A stretch of 64,000 bases of DNA from Chrysomallon squamiferum (taxonomy: Eukaryota; Animalia; Mollusca), in NCBI GenBank assembly GCA_012295275.1, contig CM022673.1, forward strand, positions 21,762,001 through 21,826,000, written 5' to 3'. The notes under the pieces were generated by a model. That model saw only the letters and a program-made list of their open reading frames with translations. It did no database searches and was not told the origin of the DNA. Below are positions 1 to 22,047 of this stretch, one piece after another (position 1 is the first letter of the stretch; each line of letters opens with the position of its first letter). The position numbers and the translations under genes were made by a program.

Positions 1-4847
<4,847 letters not shown>

Positions 4848-4877
4848 GGTAAAAAAATTAATTACTGAAGTACATAC

Positions 4878-4916
<39 letters not shown>

Positions 4917-5412
4917 TATATATATATAAAGTAATATACATCATATCATAATTTCTTTTCGTTTCTTTTTCAAATATTAATTATTTGTTTATTTAATTCT
5001 ATTATATTTAAATTTTAAAAAATGTTTTGCTTAAAATGTAGCTTTGGTGACATTAAACGAATAACGTAAATCTATTCTGCAGCTTTTTTTTCTGTCAAGT
5101 CTTAACTAATAACAAAGTATAATAAGACAAAAATAAGTAAATAAATACCTAGACTCAGCTATTGTGTTCTTATCGTGACGTCCTCCCACACACTAAATAT
5201 TCTGTAGGAATTACAGCTATCAGTCAACCATATTTGCCATAAAGTGATGAAGAGGTACAAAGTGGTGTGTTTTATAATATTACTCTTATACTTTGCTATC
5301 ATCGAAGTTAGAAAAACAACTTAAAAGTATAGTATATATATTTTTTAGAAGGTTTATTTGTACCACTATACGTACAGTTTAAAATATGTTAATATGTAGA
5401 TTACTACATACC

Positions 5413-5449
<37 letters not shown>

Positions 5450-6143
5450 TTTTGTATCTGTCTATCTATTTATCTCTCTGTCTGCTTATGTATCTATCTT
5501 TCTGCCGTCCTTCCTTCCTGCCTGTCTCTCTGCTTCTCTCTCTGTCTGCCTGTCTGTCTCTCTTTTTATCTATCTATACCTCTGTTTATTTATTTATTTA
5601 CTCTTTTATTTTTAGAGAGAACTGTATCATCGTTGTGTCAGGCAAAGGTTTTAAACACTTTTGCAAGGAAATATTTGTAGATTGTTTTTTTTTAATAAAA
5701 AAAAATGCAGTACTGATATAGTGTCACTGTTGTTGATCACCCACTGAAGAAACGCCATGTAAACGTGATTGGTTATTTCGTGTGAAAGTTTCACATTACT
5801 TCCCTTCAAACACACTGAGATGCTGTGCTTTAGAAGAAAATCATTTTCTCTTTATTATTCTTTGTTTCCTTTTTCTAAATTCTTCTTCGTTTTACTATAA
5901 ATGATATAGGAAAAGAACTTATGACTTATAGCTTTTATTGGTATTTGGTTATTTTTTTATATACGTAATTTGGAGAGAAGTTAAAATATTCGTGAGTAAC
6001 TATGATAATGTATTTTGAAAAGTAAAACATAATTCGATAATAATAATAATAACAACAGTAACAACAGTAAGAAGAATGAAAAGAAGAATAACAACGATAA
6101 TAATAATGAGGATGATGACGATGATGAAGAAGAAGATAATGAT

Positions 6144-6182
<39 letters not shown>

Positions 6183-6559
6183 TTAAATAGCAGTAGCAGT
6201 AGCAGTAGTATTAATAATAAAAATAAATATGACTATTTTATTTAATGTAACAGAAAAGTGCAATATATCTTTCAGAAATCCAGCATTACTAAAACGTTGT
6301 ACTATATTAAACACACAGTTACTTCTCTGTTTCACTGGAAACACTGTAACATTTAACTGGTGCAGTGCAGTTTATAAATACAAACTATACAGTACCTTGC
6401 TTTACTGCCTTACTTTGTCTGAGCACTCTCACTGATAATTAATTAACTTCGTAATTTTTAATGAGTAAATATTTAAGTTCACATAACATGGATAGGTTAC
6501 TATACTGTATTCATCTTTCCTCTAGCATTCCCTTTATTACCAAGGCATTTAAATAAGTA

Positions 6560-6780
6560 AATAATTAGGCATAAACATTTAAAATTAAAAACATAAAGAA
6601 AATTGACGATACACAACTGTGGCGACTCGACACGTAAACATTGCGGCGAGTGAATGAACGCCACGCGGCTTGAAAGAGTAGTTCCGGTCTGGTGAGAACA
6701 ACGCCCGCGCGCGCAAAAACTACCGGTTTTCTGGTCTTTCCGGATTTCACGTATCCGGATAATTGGTCCGGTACCTGTAC
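6560..6780 (-). mobile_element. Truncated MITE/DNA-transposon end
   Basis: CpG-rich island in AT-rich DNA; the minus strand starts TA-CAGGTACCGGACCAATTATCCGGA with tccgga subrepeats. Absent from the homologous flank at ~60930-61150. Confidence 0.45.
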
Positions 6781-7459
6781 TATATTAAACATACAATTTC
6801 TTCTATATTTCATTTACAGCTGGTGCAGCGCAGTTTATAAATACAAACTACAGTATCTTGCTTTACAGCCTTACTTTGTCTCAGCACTCTCACTGATAAG
6901 TGACAGCGTAATTTGTAATGAGTAAATATTTACAGTTGACATAACATTCATAGGTTACTATACTGTATTCATCTTTCCTCCAGCGGTTCCATTATTATTT
7001 ACACTAATTTAATTTAGTATTTAATTATAAACAACAATGTTTATCCATCCCTGATCCGTACTTAATCAAACTTTGCTGATTAATTTTATATTTTGTTATT
7101 ATTTATTTATTTATTAATTAATTATTAGAATGAAAGCAAGAAAGAAAAAATGAAGAAACATATTCATACACCTGTCTACACGCAGGAAAGTACTTACCAC
7201 GACATTTAACATTCCAGTAACGGATCTCTGACTCGGATAAAAGATGAAACAGTCAAGATAATCACTGCATCAGTGGTACTGCATCAGTGGTACTGTATCA
7301 GTGGTACTGTATCAGTGGTACTGCCTTTGCATACTAATGAAATGAGTAATTATCATCACATTGTAACACAGTTTAAATCTGTATATTTACAAAGTTTCAG
7401 TCTATTTAATCTGGCGTAAAATCTGTAAGGACTATAATTATCAAATATAATTCGTTATT

Positions 7460-7870
7460 CAGATGAACTGAATCTACATTAATGTGAGACTATTTCTATG
7501 AACCACCGAATGTACGTTAATCTGAAACTATTACTGTGAAACACTGAATTTACATTAATATCTGACAATTATTATCAAACTCTGAATCTACCCTGATATC
7601 AGACTATTACTGTGAAACACTGAATCGATATTGATATCAGTCTACTTCTTTGAAACACGAGTCTACACTAATATCAAACTTTTACCGTGAAACACTGAAT
7701 CTACATTAATTTCAAACTGATACCAAACCAATACTTTGAAATACTGAATCATATTAAATCAGACTATTTCTGTGAAAACTGAGAGTAATTTGAAATTAGA
7801 TTATTTTTGTGAAAACAGAATCTACATTGAAATCAGACTGTTACTGGGAAACACTGAATCTACACTGTTT
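7460..7870. repeat. Degenerate ~39-bp tandem repeat
   Basis: Consensus approximately aacactgaatctacattgaaatcagactattactgtga. Confidence 0.85.
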
Positions 7871-8683
7871 TCAGCCTAATTTGTTTTTTTTTTTTTGTTT
7901 TTTTGTTGTTTTCACGTAAAATAACTGTAGTAATCGGGATGAAAAAAAATGAAAATAGAAAACAGAAAAATTAGTTAGATTATGTTTTAACATGTTTCTA
8001 AAATAAATGCATTGGGGGTCAGTGATAAAAGAACACTTTATGAGTTAATGATAAAAAGAATACCTTATGGATCAAAGATAAAAAGAACTCATCGTGGTTG
8101 AGTTAAAAAAGAAAAACATTATGAGTCAGTAATAGAAAACTGGTATATTTGTTAATGTCCCAGCAATTAAAAATATAAAACTATATAAACAGTCATTACA
8201 GGAACTATAAAATCAGTTACATGAAGAATAAAACTACATTTTAAAAGAAGGACTCAAGCTGACATATATGTACGTATAATGGCAATACGTTATTTCTTTC
8301 AGTAATGGAAATGTACAGAAGATAAAAATTACATATATGAAACCAGTAAAAAAATAAAATAATAATAATAATAAAAAAATATATAACAATAATAAATAAT
8401 TAAAAAATAATAAATAAATAAAATAAACCAATAACAATTAATAAAATGTGTGATTTAAATAATTTGCTATCAATTGAGGATAAAAAAAAGATGTACATGC
8501 ATAAATAACATCACTACACTTTATTATATTTTAAAGCAATTTATTTCCGTAGTTTCTTTTTGGATGTAGATTTGATGAACATATGCAGTTCTGTTTGTTT
8601 TATCAAATATTTGAATAAAGACAAGGAAGATGTGAATACTGTTTTTTTGCTTCTAATAGTATTTACAAAGGTTATTGTAGATA

Positions 8684-8733
<50 letters not shown>

Positions 8734-9470
8734 TTATATATCTGTCATGTTATTAAATATTCAACTATTCACTATTATTTGTTACAGGTGTGGTATTTGC
8801 GTAGATGTTTTTTTCAAGCGAAAACTCGACTTATTATAAATATCAGCAGAGAATAAAGGTTTTCGCGTCTTTAATTTTGTTACAGATCACACAAAAGGTA
8901 GGCTTTTTTTTTATTATTTAGATTCCACTTAGAAATAGTTTACATAGCCATATTCTTTTTTTCTAAGTTACACGTACTCAAATATTTTGTTAATTTGACT
9001 GTAATACTGATTGAATCTTTATTAAAAGTTTAAGACCTAAGTGAATTGACAGGTTTGATGTGTCATTAGAGTTAGGAATAACACAAATTAAATACAGCAT
9101 CATCATCTAACACCTTACAGTGATTACAGTATTATTACCTAATAAAGGCCTGTCACAGGTTTTCGACGAATTTAGTAACGCAATCGCCTCACAGATAACT
9201 GTCACGTTATTTCATTCTGAAATCCTGCGGTTGAAAATGCATGCGGAAATTCAGCGCTTTGCGCAGAAACCACTAAATCCTTTTCTTTTGCGATGTTGTT
9301 GCATTATTTGGATGTCTGTTTATATGCCTGTATGTACAAGTATATATGTATAAGTATGTATGTATGTATGTATGTATGTATGTATGTATGTATGTATGTA
9401 TTTATGTATGTATGTATGAACAAGTATATATGTATAAGTATGTATGTATGTATATATATATGTATGTATG

Positions 9471-9504
<34 letters not shown>

Positions 9505-9817
9505 TGTATGTATGTATGTATGTATGTATGTGTGTGTGTATATACATGCATATAAACAGACGTACAAACATACTGTCACGCGTTTTCTTCCTGGAAATAG
9601 CAGGTTTACAACTGTTAAATTAGTTTTTCTTGTCAACAACTGAAATGATACTGAACAAAGCTGTTAATTTATGGTCAACAATTTCGAGTTATAATAGAGT
9701 TCCTGTTTATTTATTTGAATGATAATAAATTCAGTATACATATATATATATTTGCGTCAATGAATTTACATGAGTCCTAAAATAAAGTGTGTTCACTGAT
9801 GAGTGTGTTTGAGTGAG

Positions 9818-9868
<51 letters not shown>

Positions 9869-10647
9869 GTGTTAGTATTATATTTGTAAGTAACGGCAAA
9901 AAAGGCTATTTTAACGTAAAGTCATTAACTTTGAAACGGAGACAAAAAGATGAGAGGAGAGTGTATAGCTGACAGGTAAATGAAATTACTGCGGCAATAA
10001 ACAGGTGGAAAATGTGGACGTAACTGATCGCCCATGTTCCTCCTTTGAAGTCGTCCTGTGACGTCATCGCATTGTTTGTAGGGCTCTCGGATTTTTATTT
10101 TATTATTATTTTTTAAAATAAATTAAGGGTGAAAATATTCATATTCAAAGTGGTGTAATTGTAAATATTACTTCCAGAATAGAGAAAAAAAGAAAAGAAA
10201 AAAGAATGCTTCTGAGTAAAAGAGTTATATCATCTAATTTGTTCGTTACTGACGGAAGTAAAATTTTTACGGTTTCATTTGCATTTATTGTTTTTTTCGG
10301 CAGATGTTTATAACATTTAACTCAACAAATTATTTTATTTAAATGAAAAATATCAAAAATCATTTTGTTGAAAACATCTGTTTGACATATTTATGAGATA
10401 GATACAAAACTGTATATCACACACATATCTTATATAGAGGCACACACGCACACACAAACATATCTCACGTCCGTTATTATTTCACAGGGATCTAGGCAGG
10501 AGTGAACACAGACGCAAGTATTACCATAACAGATTTTACTTAATTTATTATTAATTTGAAAAATAATTATAAATTTCTCAACAATATTTTGTAAGAAGAT
10601 CAAATCACAGAAATTTCCGAATAGGTAATTTTTATTTATTTAGGTTG

Positions 10648-10684
<37 letters not shown>

Positions 10685-11109
10685 TTAATAAAGTGGCAAT
10701 CTAATTTTCAACCACTGAAACACTCTACATCCATAGTCACATAAACATACATGTAAAATTTATAACTACAACAAATCTAATCTGTATTTATACACTGTCT
10801 TCATAATACTTTCTGAAACATATATAATCCTACAGCAATTAATCGATGCCTTTCCCTGGTCGGACAAATTATGCAGAAGGACAGAATTATTGTTGATACT
10901 GAGAACATCTGCGGATTTAATGTCAGACATGTTTTTCATCCAAATTTGTTTTTTTTAAATTTTGTTTATTGTTTATTTGATTCCATTACATATTGATTAT
11001 AAATCATTCCATGCGTTTTTCTTGAATTCACCGTGTCAGACATGATATTATAAAACGTAAATGTACCAATATTTGTTCTATGTTGCAACTTCAGTGACGT
11101 CTTCGGTTA

Positions 11110-11520
11110 TTGAATACCTTAAGTGACGACTCATATGGCTCATGTAACAGGTTTACAGACAACAGAAAGAACACTTACTGACAACGCAAAATCATCGTGT
11201 GAAGTGGCGTTATTATACAACGTTGGCAGCGAGGCGGCTGGAATAACGTTGTCTTTAACGACGAGAATTGATTCTGTTTGTTCAACGGAAGACCGCGGGT
11301 TTACAGCCAAAGAGGAGAACGTGTTTGGTGAGGCGGTCGTGCCACATGGTGGACAGAGTGTAGTGATGTGTTGAGGGATACACGGCATATAGGAGAGACA
11401 GCAGAACAATGCCAGACCCACACACCCAGACCGTTCTACGCGTTGCACTGACTTTGCGTTTACTGGGACAGAGATGGTCACACACGCTTTAATCTGATTT
11501 GTTACAGAACTTGAGTGATT
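11110..11520 (+). mobile_element. Degenerate Tc1/mariner transposase fragment
   Basis: Pieces RWQRGGWNNVVFNDEN*FCLFNGRPRVYSQRGERV, GGQSVVMC*GI and QQNNARP match the Tc1 motifs W..VLFSDESRF...RVxRRxGER, GGGSVMVWG and QQDNARPH, with stops, frameshifts and deletions. Confidence 0.8.
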
Positions 11521-12774
11521 CTCCGTGTGCTCCACGTATTGTCCATGAAGTTGATTTTTCTAAATAACTAATAATTAACTAGTAATACCTGAAATCTAAT
11601 CAGGTCCTATATAATATCAGATAAATTTAAAGATAATAATAATAATAAAAATTAAAATATCACTCAAAATTATTATCAAAAACATTTGTACGTAGTTATT
11701 AAGAACAAGTGTCTTACATTTTGACATGATATAAAACTTGATATAGCGTTTCTCTCCAAACATTAGTATCATTTTGATTTAATTGTATCATCTGGAGCAA
11801 AGCTCTGGTGACAACGAACATGAGGAAGGATCTACAGAACATGGATTACAGTAAGGATCAAAAACGTTGCTCTAGAATCTGGTAGAGTCTAGACGTTTGT
11901 GAAAGTTGACCTGAAACCTGGCTGAACAGTTGCATGTTCGAGTACAAGACGCAGCCAATAACTAAAACAGTATTTTAAAATAAATTTCATTTTATTCCTT
12001 GTTTTGTTACAGTAAAAGATAAATTCAAATTCCTGAACAAAACAGGGTTGAGTAAATTTACTTTGGGAAAATTGTCACATGTAAACGGAACATAAAAATG
12101 TTGAAAACATCTAAATTAGGTAATCATTGCTTCATTTAGCCTGAATAATTTTTATTTTATTTTATTTTTAATTTTTGTTTGTTGAAACTCTTTTGTTGAC
12201 AATTACTACAAAATACTCGTTTGTTTTTCGCAGTATGCTCAGATGGTATCGTTGATTTGTTTAGCATTGTGAATACCGTGTAGATATGAAACAGTGTTTC
12301 CGTGTCACATCACATACATCAAAGTAACATACATATTCATGAGAGATCCATCGTTCTGTCAGTAATTACTGATTATGGAACAAATAATATATATAGTTTA
12401 TAGTTTATTACAAAATAAAAATCAAACTGCATTTATATATATATATATATGTTCAGAAGGTTACAGTCTGCAAATCCATATCTGACGATCTGGTAATACT
12501 GATTTTTTACTTGCCTGGTGAACTGCATGTTATGCAAGCCTAATCAGTACCGACATCATTAACAACATTATCAGAATAGTGAAATGTATATAAATATATA
12601 AATGCCTAAACAAATTTGAATTTAAAAAAAGAAGTTTTGTTACCTACAGCTAAATAATAATACAACTGAAAAGTCAGATATATTTGGCAGAATAGCAAAA
12701 GCAGAAATCGCGCCACCAAAAAAACCCAAATAAAAAGCAAACCTGAACCACTGAAAACGGTTAATACATTCACT

Positions 12775-12951
12775 CGTGTCACTAAAATAAAACAAATGTG
12801 CCTTAATAATCACGCCACTGCTGTGTAAAGTTTTCATCTCGTGACTTAATATGTTTCTTGCTTTCGTGAACGCGCGCTACTAGCACATTGCTACTTATGA
12901 TTGCTGTAACACTTTATGAAAAGTTATTTATTTAAAAGTGTTTCTTGCTCA
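12775..12951 (+). promoter_or_regulatory. Candidate promoter or non-coding first exon of copy B (identical block at 40645-40821 for copy C)
   Basis: A 177-bp block appears identical in otherwise diverged upstream DNA, ending ~365 bp before the ATG. The ATG is preceded by an acceptor (ttaatttcag), which implies an upstream 5'UTR exon. Confidence 0.45.
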
Positions 12952-13520
12952 GTGACAAAATATTAACTTTTCTCACTATTCTTATTTTATATTGGCTACA
13001 GCTAGCGAATTAGATTTGTAGAGGTTACATTTGTGTCGTAAATGTAACAAACTAATAAGCCTTACACTGATGGTAGAGTTGACCGATTGTCTGTATATTC
13101 ACGTATTTTGTAACAAGTCCTGAAATTAGTGCATGACGATAAATGTAGCTGTGCAAAATAATTACAGTCCAGTGCATTGTATCTGAATTCTGTGCTTGTG
13201 CGAAACAAGCGACACAAACACGCAGTGTGTATGTGTATGTGTAAGTGTGTGTCTGTGTTGTCTATGTATGTGCGTGTGTGTGTTGTTATGTGTTTTATTC
13301 CATTAATTTCAGATAATGAATCTTACGATCCTGTTGACTGCTCTTGTATGGTTCGTTTCCGTTGTACCTGTTCACTGCACAGTTAGTATAATTTACTTTC
13401 TAAATGACTCATATATAATTTTGTTTTTAAAGTTCATAAATGTAAGACAAATTACATAACTCCCACTTTCCAGTAACAGTAGTCTAATAATAACAACTAC
13501 ACAACAACAGCGATAAAAGC

Positions 13521-13585
<65 letters not shown>

Positions 13586-14141
13586 TAACAATAACAATAA
13601 CAATAATAATAATAACAATAATAATAATAATAAAAATAATAATACTAATAATAGTAATAGTAATAATAATAATTTATTTAGAAGAATCAGTGTGGACCTT
13701 TGTAGCTCACTCTGGGACTTTTTTGATTATTTTATTATTTTCACTGAGTAATGACACGTCTGTTTAACGGAAGGAAATAAATATTTGGAGATGTAATTTT
13801 TTTCAAAGAACTTTTTATTCAGGTGGGTAGATTTGAGAAATATATTAATGGAAGTAGATAATTAAATTAATATTTCCGTAGAAGATTGTTTATTCGAACA
13901 GAAGCATAACTTCTTGTTATATATTTTCTTGAATCCCGAAAGAGGTTTTGGGGAATCTTAGGACTTTGTGGTATAAAAATCTATCAGAAGAATTAACAGA
14001 AGACCTTTTACGTATGGTTTACCTTGCTTTATAAAATAGAATAGATAATATAAAATATCCTTAATGACGAGTTTAGTATTCTGAATGTATAAATAAACAC
14101 AATTTAAGGATATATATTTTCTTTTCTGTTGAATTTGTTAG

Positions 14142-17342
<3,201 letters not shown>

Positions 17343-17599
17343 GTAAGAGTTTGAGACTTTTTTTCGTGTTTTATTGCAGATCTCATCTTCTCTTAATCTT
17401 ATAGAAGACAATAATAAGACAATAATCTTAAACAGAAGACAATAGTCTCTCACACTCTGTCTCATTCTAACACTCATTCTTTCACTCTCATTTTCTCGTT
17501 CTTTGTCATCCTTTCTCTAACTCACTCTGTTTTATTCTTTTTCTCTGACCTACTCTCACTCAGCCTTCTGTCTCTCTTTCTATTAATGTTGCCTTCTTT

Positions 17600-17637
<38 letters not shown>

Positions 17638-20600
17638 ACATACAGAAAAACACTACTCCGCTTCAGTATATTTCTGAATTTAGTATTTAAAAAATAGCTA
17701 TTGTCTGATGGTACAACACATTGAAATGATATTAAGTATATATTCATTAATTTAATATAGCATTGTTTATATTTTTCAATAATTACTGACGCGTGACATA
17801 TGTGTCTATTTTAAAATATATAATTTATTTTAGACATTAAGTCATGTGGAAAAAGGCCTCTCTGTGAAAACGAAGGGTACGCTGGATATCAAGACAACAC
17901 GTGTAAATGCATTTGTCCAGAAGGCTTAGATTACAGGACGCACTGTAAAACGATTAGAAGAGAACGTAAGTATCTCAGTTATTAACTGTGTTACTTTAAC
18001 GGATCCACAAACTCTTTATTTGCTTTTTCGTTATTTCCAGCTGACGTTGCTTCATGGCCTGACACTGATCTGAAGCTACTGAAATGCAAGGAAGGATGTC
18101 CTGAGGGTTTGGTATCATCCACTGTCACTATACACGGCGTTACCGGTTTTACGACGTCATCTAGGTACAGCTTAAAGTCGAGATTTACTGCTAATACATT
18201 GATATTTGAACTCTGCCATAAGAAAAATGCCCAGAACAAACAAAAATGGCATCATGGAGAAATGTCATTTTTTATGAATTCAACCTGTCAAGGTAAGACT
18301 TGTCTCTAGTCTAGATATTAAATATTCTCATTCAGTAAACATAAATTTTGCAGTGAGTTACTAGATGACAAGGTTATGACGAGCGTCTCAGTTTTACATT
18401 CGTTGATTTCTTGTTATCTGATTTCTGAAAAGAAACAAAAACAAATTTCTGAGTTCATTGTTAATTTATAATTTGAAAAATAAAATTAAGAAATTATCTG
18501 AATGTATGAACATTAAATTAGTGAATGATTTAATTTTTATTATAACATTTGGAAATGATTTTATTAGTTTAGTAACTATATAGAAAATCTTACGAAGCAG
18601 GATTAAAATTTTAATTTCCAAGGCAACATTCTTTTTTTCTTTAGGTCTTGATGTAGGAACCATTACCTTCAATAACGGAGTGAATGGCGAAGACATACTG
18701 ACATTTTGTTCAGACTACGGACAAATTATATTTGCACTGAGAGGAGTCCCATCACGAGGCCAGTTCGCTTTGTTCACAATGAAATACAGATGCCAGGAAA
18801 TAGACGGTTTGTTTTATAGTCAGTCACATGATGAATAATTAATTCAACACACTGAACTGATAAAATGTTTGTTTTTTTTTGTTTTTTTTAAATTAAGGTT
18901 CATACAAGAGACTTTGATAAACTAGTCGTGTTGACGGGAACATAACTATTGGATCACTATGACCTGTAGAAATTTTTTTTTTTATCTAACATAGCTTTAG
19001 AAAAAGAAAATAACGACAATATCGTTGATCAAAGAATTTTTAAAATAATAAGCAATAAATTATTATTGTTTAAAAATACCTACAAAATAAAAAAAAATAA
19101 AAAAAAAAATACATGAAAAACCCTCGACAAAAAAGTAAACAAATATAACATAAAAACAGAGCAAATTAATTCACAATGTCATTGCCTTTAACAGGTTTTG
19201 TTGCTGAGAAACAGTATTTGAAGATACATCATCATAATATAGCGATATATGGTATAGTATCTAAAAACATTCAATACGGAGGAAAAAATGTGACTCTGAA
19301 ATATTGTGTATATACACCTTTGAAATACAGTGAGTGTCATATATCTGCAAAACTGTTTTATTAAAATAACAATTAATCAATTCAGTATTAAAATTCAAAG
19401 AAGAAGCATCAAGAGTGCATGAAATGTTATTCGGGAGTTAGACTAAGCCACGATTTTAAAATTTAATCACAGTGATAAACGAATTTTCGGGAAGGAAAAA
19501 TCTTTAAACAGTTCTGTATGACAAAGCTGAACAAAGAACGTTAAGACAAAAATTAGAAAAATTAGAAAATAAATTTAGAAAATAATTAAAATGTTCGTTT
19601 CCTAGTTTCTGCAGTTCCTAGATAAAATTAATTTGGATTTCACCTGTGCAAATATCAGACGTCCCTGGCTGGACAGACCACTGTTGTTAATACAATTAAT
19701 ATGAAGTGTTATGTTCTCGGTCTTGTTAACGTGACAGCTCATGTATAGCAGTCAGATATTTTGTGAAGATAAAGAAAGTATTGATTTGAATAATTGAATT
19801 AGATATAGTCATGCATTTTTGATATCGTACACTGTCATTATTTAAATTCATAGCTGAAGAGAAGAAGTAATAGCTAGCAGATGTCATTCACAATTTTATC
19901 AATCCCTGAAAAAAATCAAGTGAATATAAAAACTGATATTTTTACAGTTCAAAATAAAGTTCAAAAAATTAAAAAAAGTCACTCTCGATATAAGTTAGAC
20001 GGTATATTAAATAATGATTCAATTCAGTTTATGTAAAACATAAATAATAATAATAATAAAAAGAAAAAATGTGCCCACATAGGGTTACATATATCAGTTT
20101 AAAAGAAAGCGCGCACAAAACATGTATAAATTACAAGTGATACCGACACTAAAAGTGCTGTTAAAACACCTAAGAAAAAGCGTCGATGACGTATGTTGAT
20201 GTAGACACTGGTCGCTAGCGTCTATAACTGATCAGGGTTTGGTATTTTCAGTGTATTTGTCATCTGATGATTTTCTTAATGTTAAGTAATACGCAATTAC
20301 CATGAACGAAATTTCGAATAAATTTATTGACTATTTCTAGTTGCTTAGTGACAGGATATGTATATTGATAATTTAGTATTGTGATTTTACGTCTCCTGTC
20401 ACCATCACAGCTACCACCGTCAGCATCATCACCACAACTACCTCCATCACCAGCATCACCACAACTACCAGCAGCACCAGTTTTAATTCTGGTTGCATAT
20501 TATTACTTATCTGAACTGAGTAACGGCGCGCACACACACATACAACACATACACGCACAGAGAAATTAGTCAACTACTGCAGTTGTTATTTATGTATTTA

Positions 20601-21885
20601 TTATTTATTGTGATTTCAGATTGTGGTAGTGTAACTCAACTCACGGCGTCGAAGCGTTTTGTGACGATTCAGTCACCAAACTTTCCCAGTAGATACCCCC
20701 AAAATACTGAATGCAACTGGATAATAAAGGTATTTTAAAACTGAACGTGAAAACAATGTAGACCTCATTTTCTTTCATCACCACAATCATGATCATCATC
20801 ATCATTATCATCACTATCGTTTTCTTCAAGATATACAGCAACAAAAGTGAATTCCTATTGATATTATTAATAATTTTTGCAATACTGAGAATGCTTATTC
20901 AAGGTAGATACTATAAATTTAAATTTGAAATACGTAGTCATTTTTGTTGTTGTTGTCGTTGTTTTTCACAACTGGAAAATAAATAAATGTCATTATCTAA
21001 TTTCACCTTGGTATGACTTTGATCCATAATAGGAAAAAAGAAAAAACAACAACAAACAAAAAAAAGAAAAAAGAAAAAAAAGCAAGGGAAAGAAAGAAAC
21101 GGTCAAAAAATGGAAATATATTTTATATACATATATATGTGTGTGTGTGTGAATATATATATATATTATTATTATTATTTAGTAATATAATATTCCGTAA
21201 CATATGTAGTATTTACAATGGTTCAGAGATATGTCATCTCTGTTTCCTTGGACTAATATTTTGCAATTTTTTCTTTATAAAAATGTAATAAATTATACGT
21301 AAACAAGAGTATTTTAGTTATTTTTAAAAACTAGACATGGTTGAAAATACTTTTTGTATTAAATGAAATAAATGGAAATATTTCGTATGTTCATGACATA
21401 ATTTTCTTTTTCGTGAATAGTAATAATACAAAAGATTATATTTCCGACCAACTTACTAAATGGTTTCTGTGACAGTCAAAGCCATAAATTAAACAAACAA
21501 ACAAATATCCTGGTACAACAATACCTCTGTTTATCTCATGGTAATAATTATAAATTAATTACAGGTGGGAGAAGGAGAACGCATCAAAGCAGAATTTCTT
21601 CATTTTGATATTAACACCTACGATAACTTCAACTACAGGAGATACATTCTCAGTTCTGTACCTACCAGAATGTAAGTAATATTTAGTTAACAGCACCTCC
21701 GCATTTTCATGAAATACTATTTACAGCTATCAAATGACTAATTTGAATTTAAAATACCGCAGCTGTCATCCCCTGAAAAGCCTTTCCCATTCACATTTAG
21801 CAGGACCCACATTTGATTGTGTATATTCTTAGCTCTGCAAATCGGGCGAAGTCGTTAAAAACAAGCAAAACCAACCAAAATGGAA

Positions 21886-22047
21886 ATTCAAGTCGAGAAG
21901 CCTTTATCCGAAATCCTTGGGACTGAAAGTGGTTCAGATTTCGAAATTTGTGCATAAAATAGAATTAGTGAAAACTATTTCTGTTGCTCGGAAAATGTTT
22001 CGGATTTTTGTATTTTGGAATTTCGAGTATGGGAGCCTTGACTTGTA
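21886..22047. mobile_element. Old MITE in intron 13 (also ~49873-50108 in copy C)
   Basis: Imperfect terminal inverted repeats: caagtcgagaagcctttatccgaaa ... tttcgagtatgggagccttgacttgta. Confidence 0.45.

Noticed and set aside
9293-9643. ORFs rich in YVCM/HTYI, and the ERER, SLSL, poly-L/N/Y ORFs elsewhere
   Set aside because: They are translations of microsatellites.
11140-11535. 131-aa minus-strand ORF
   Set aside because: It is the antisense shadow of the Tc1 transposase relic.
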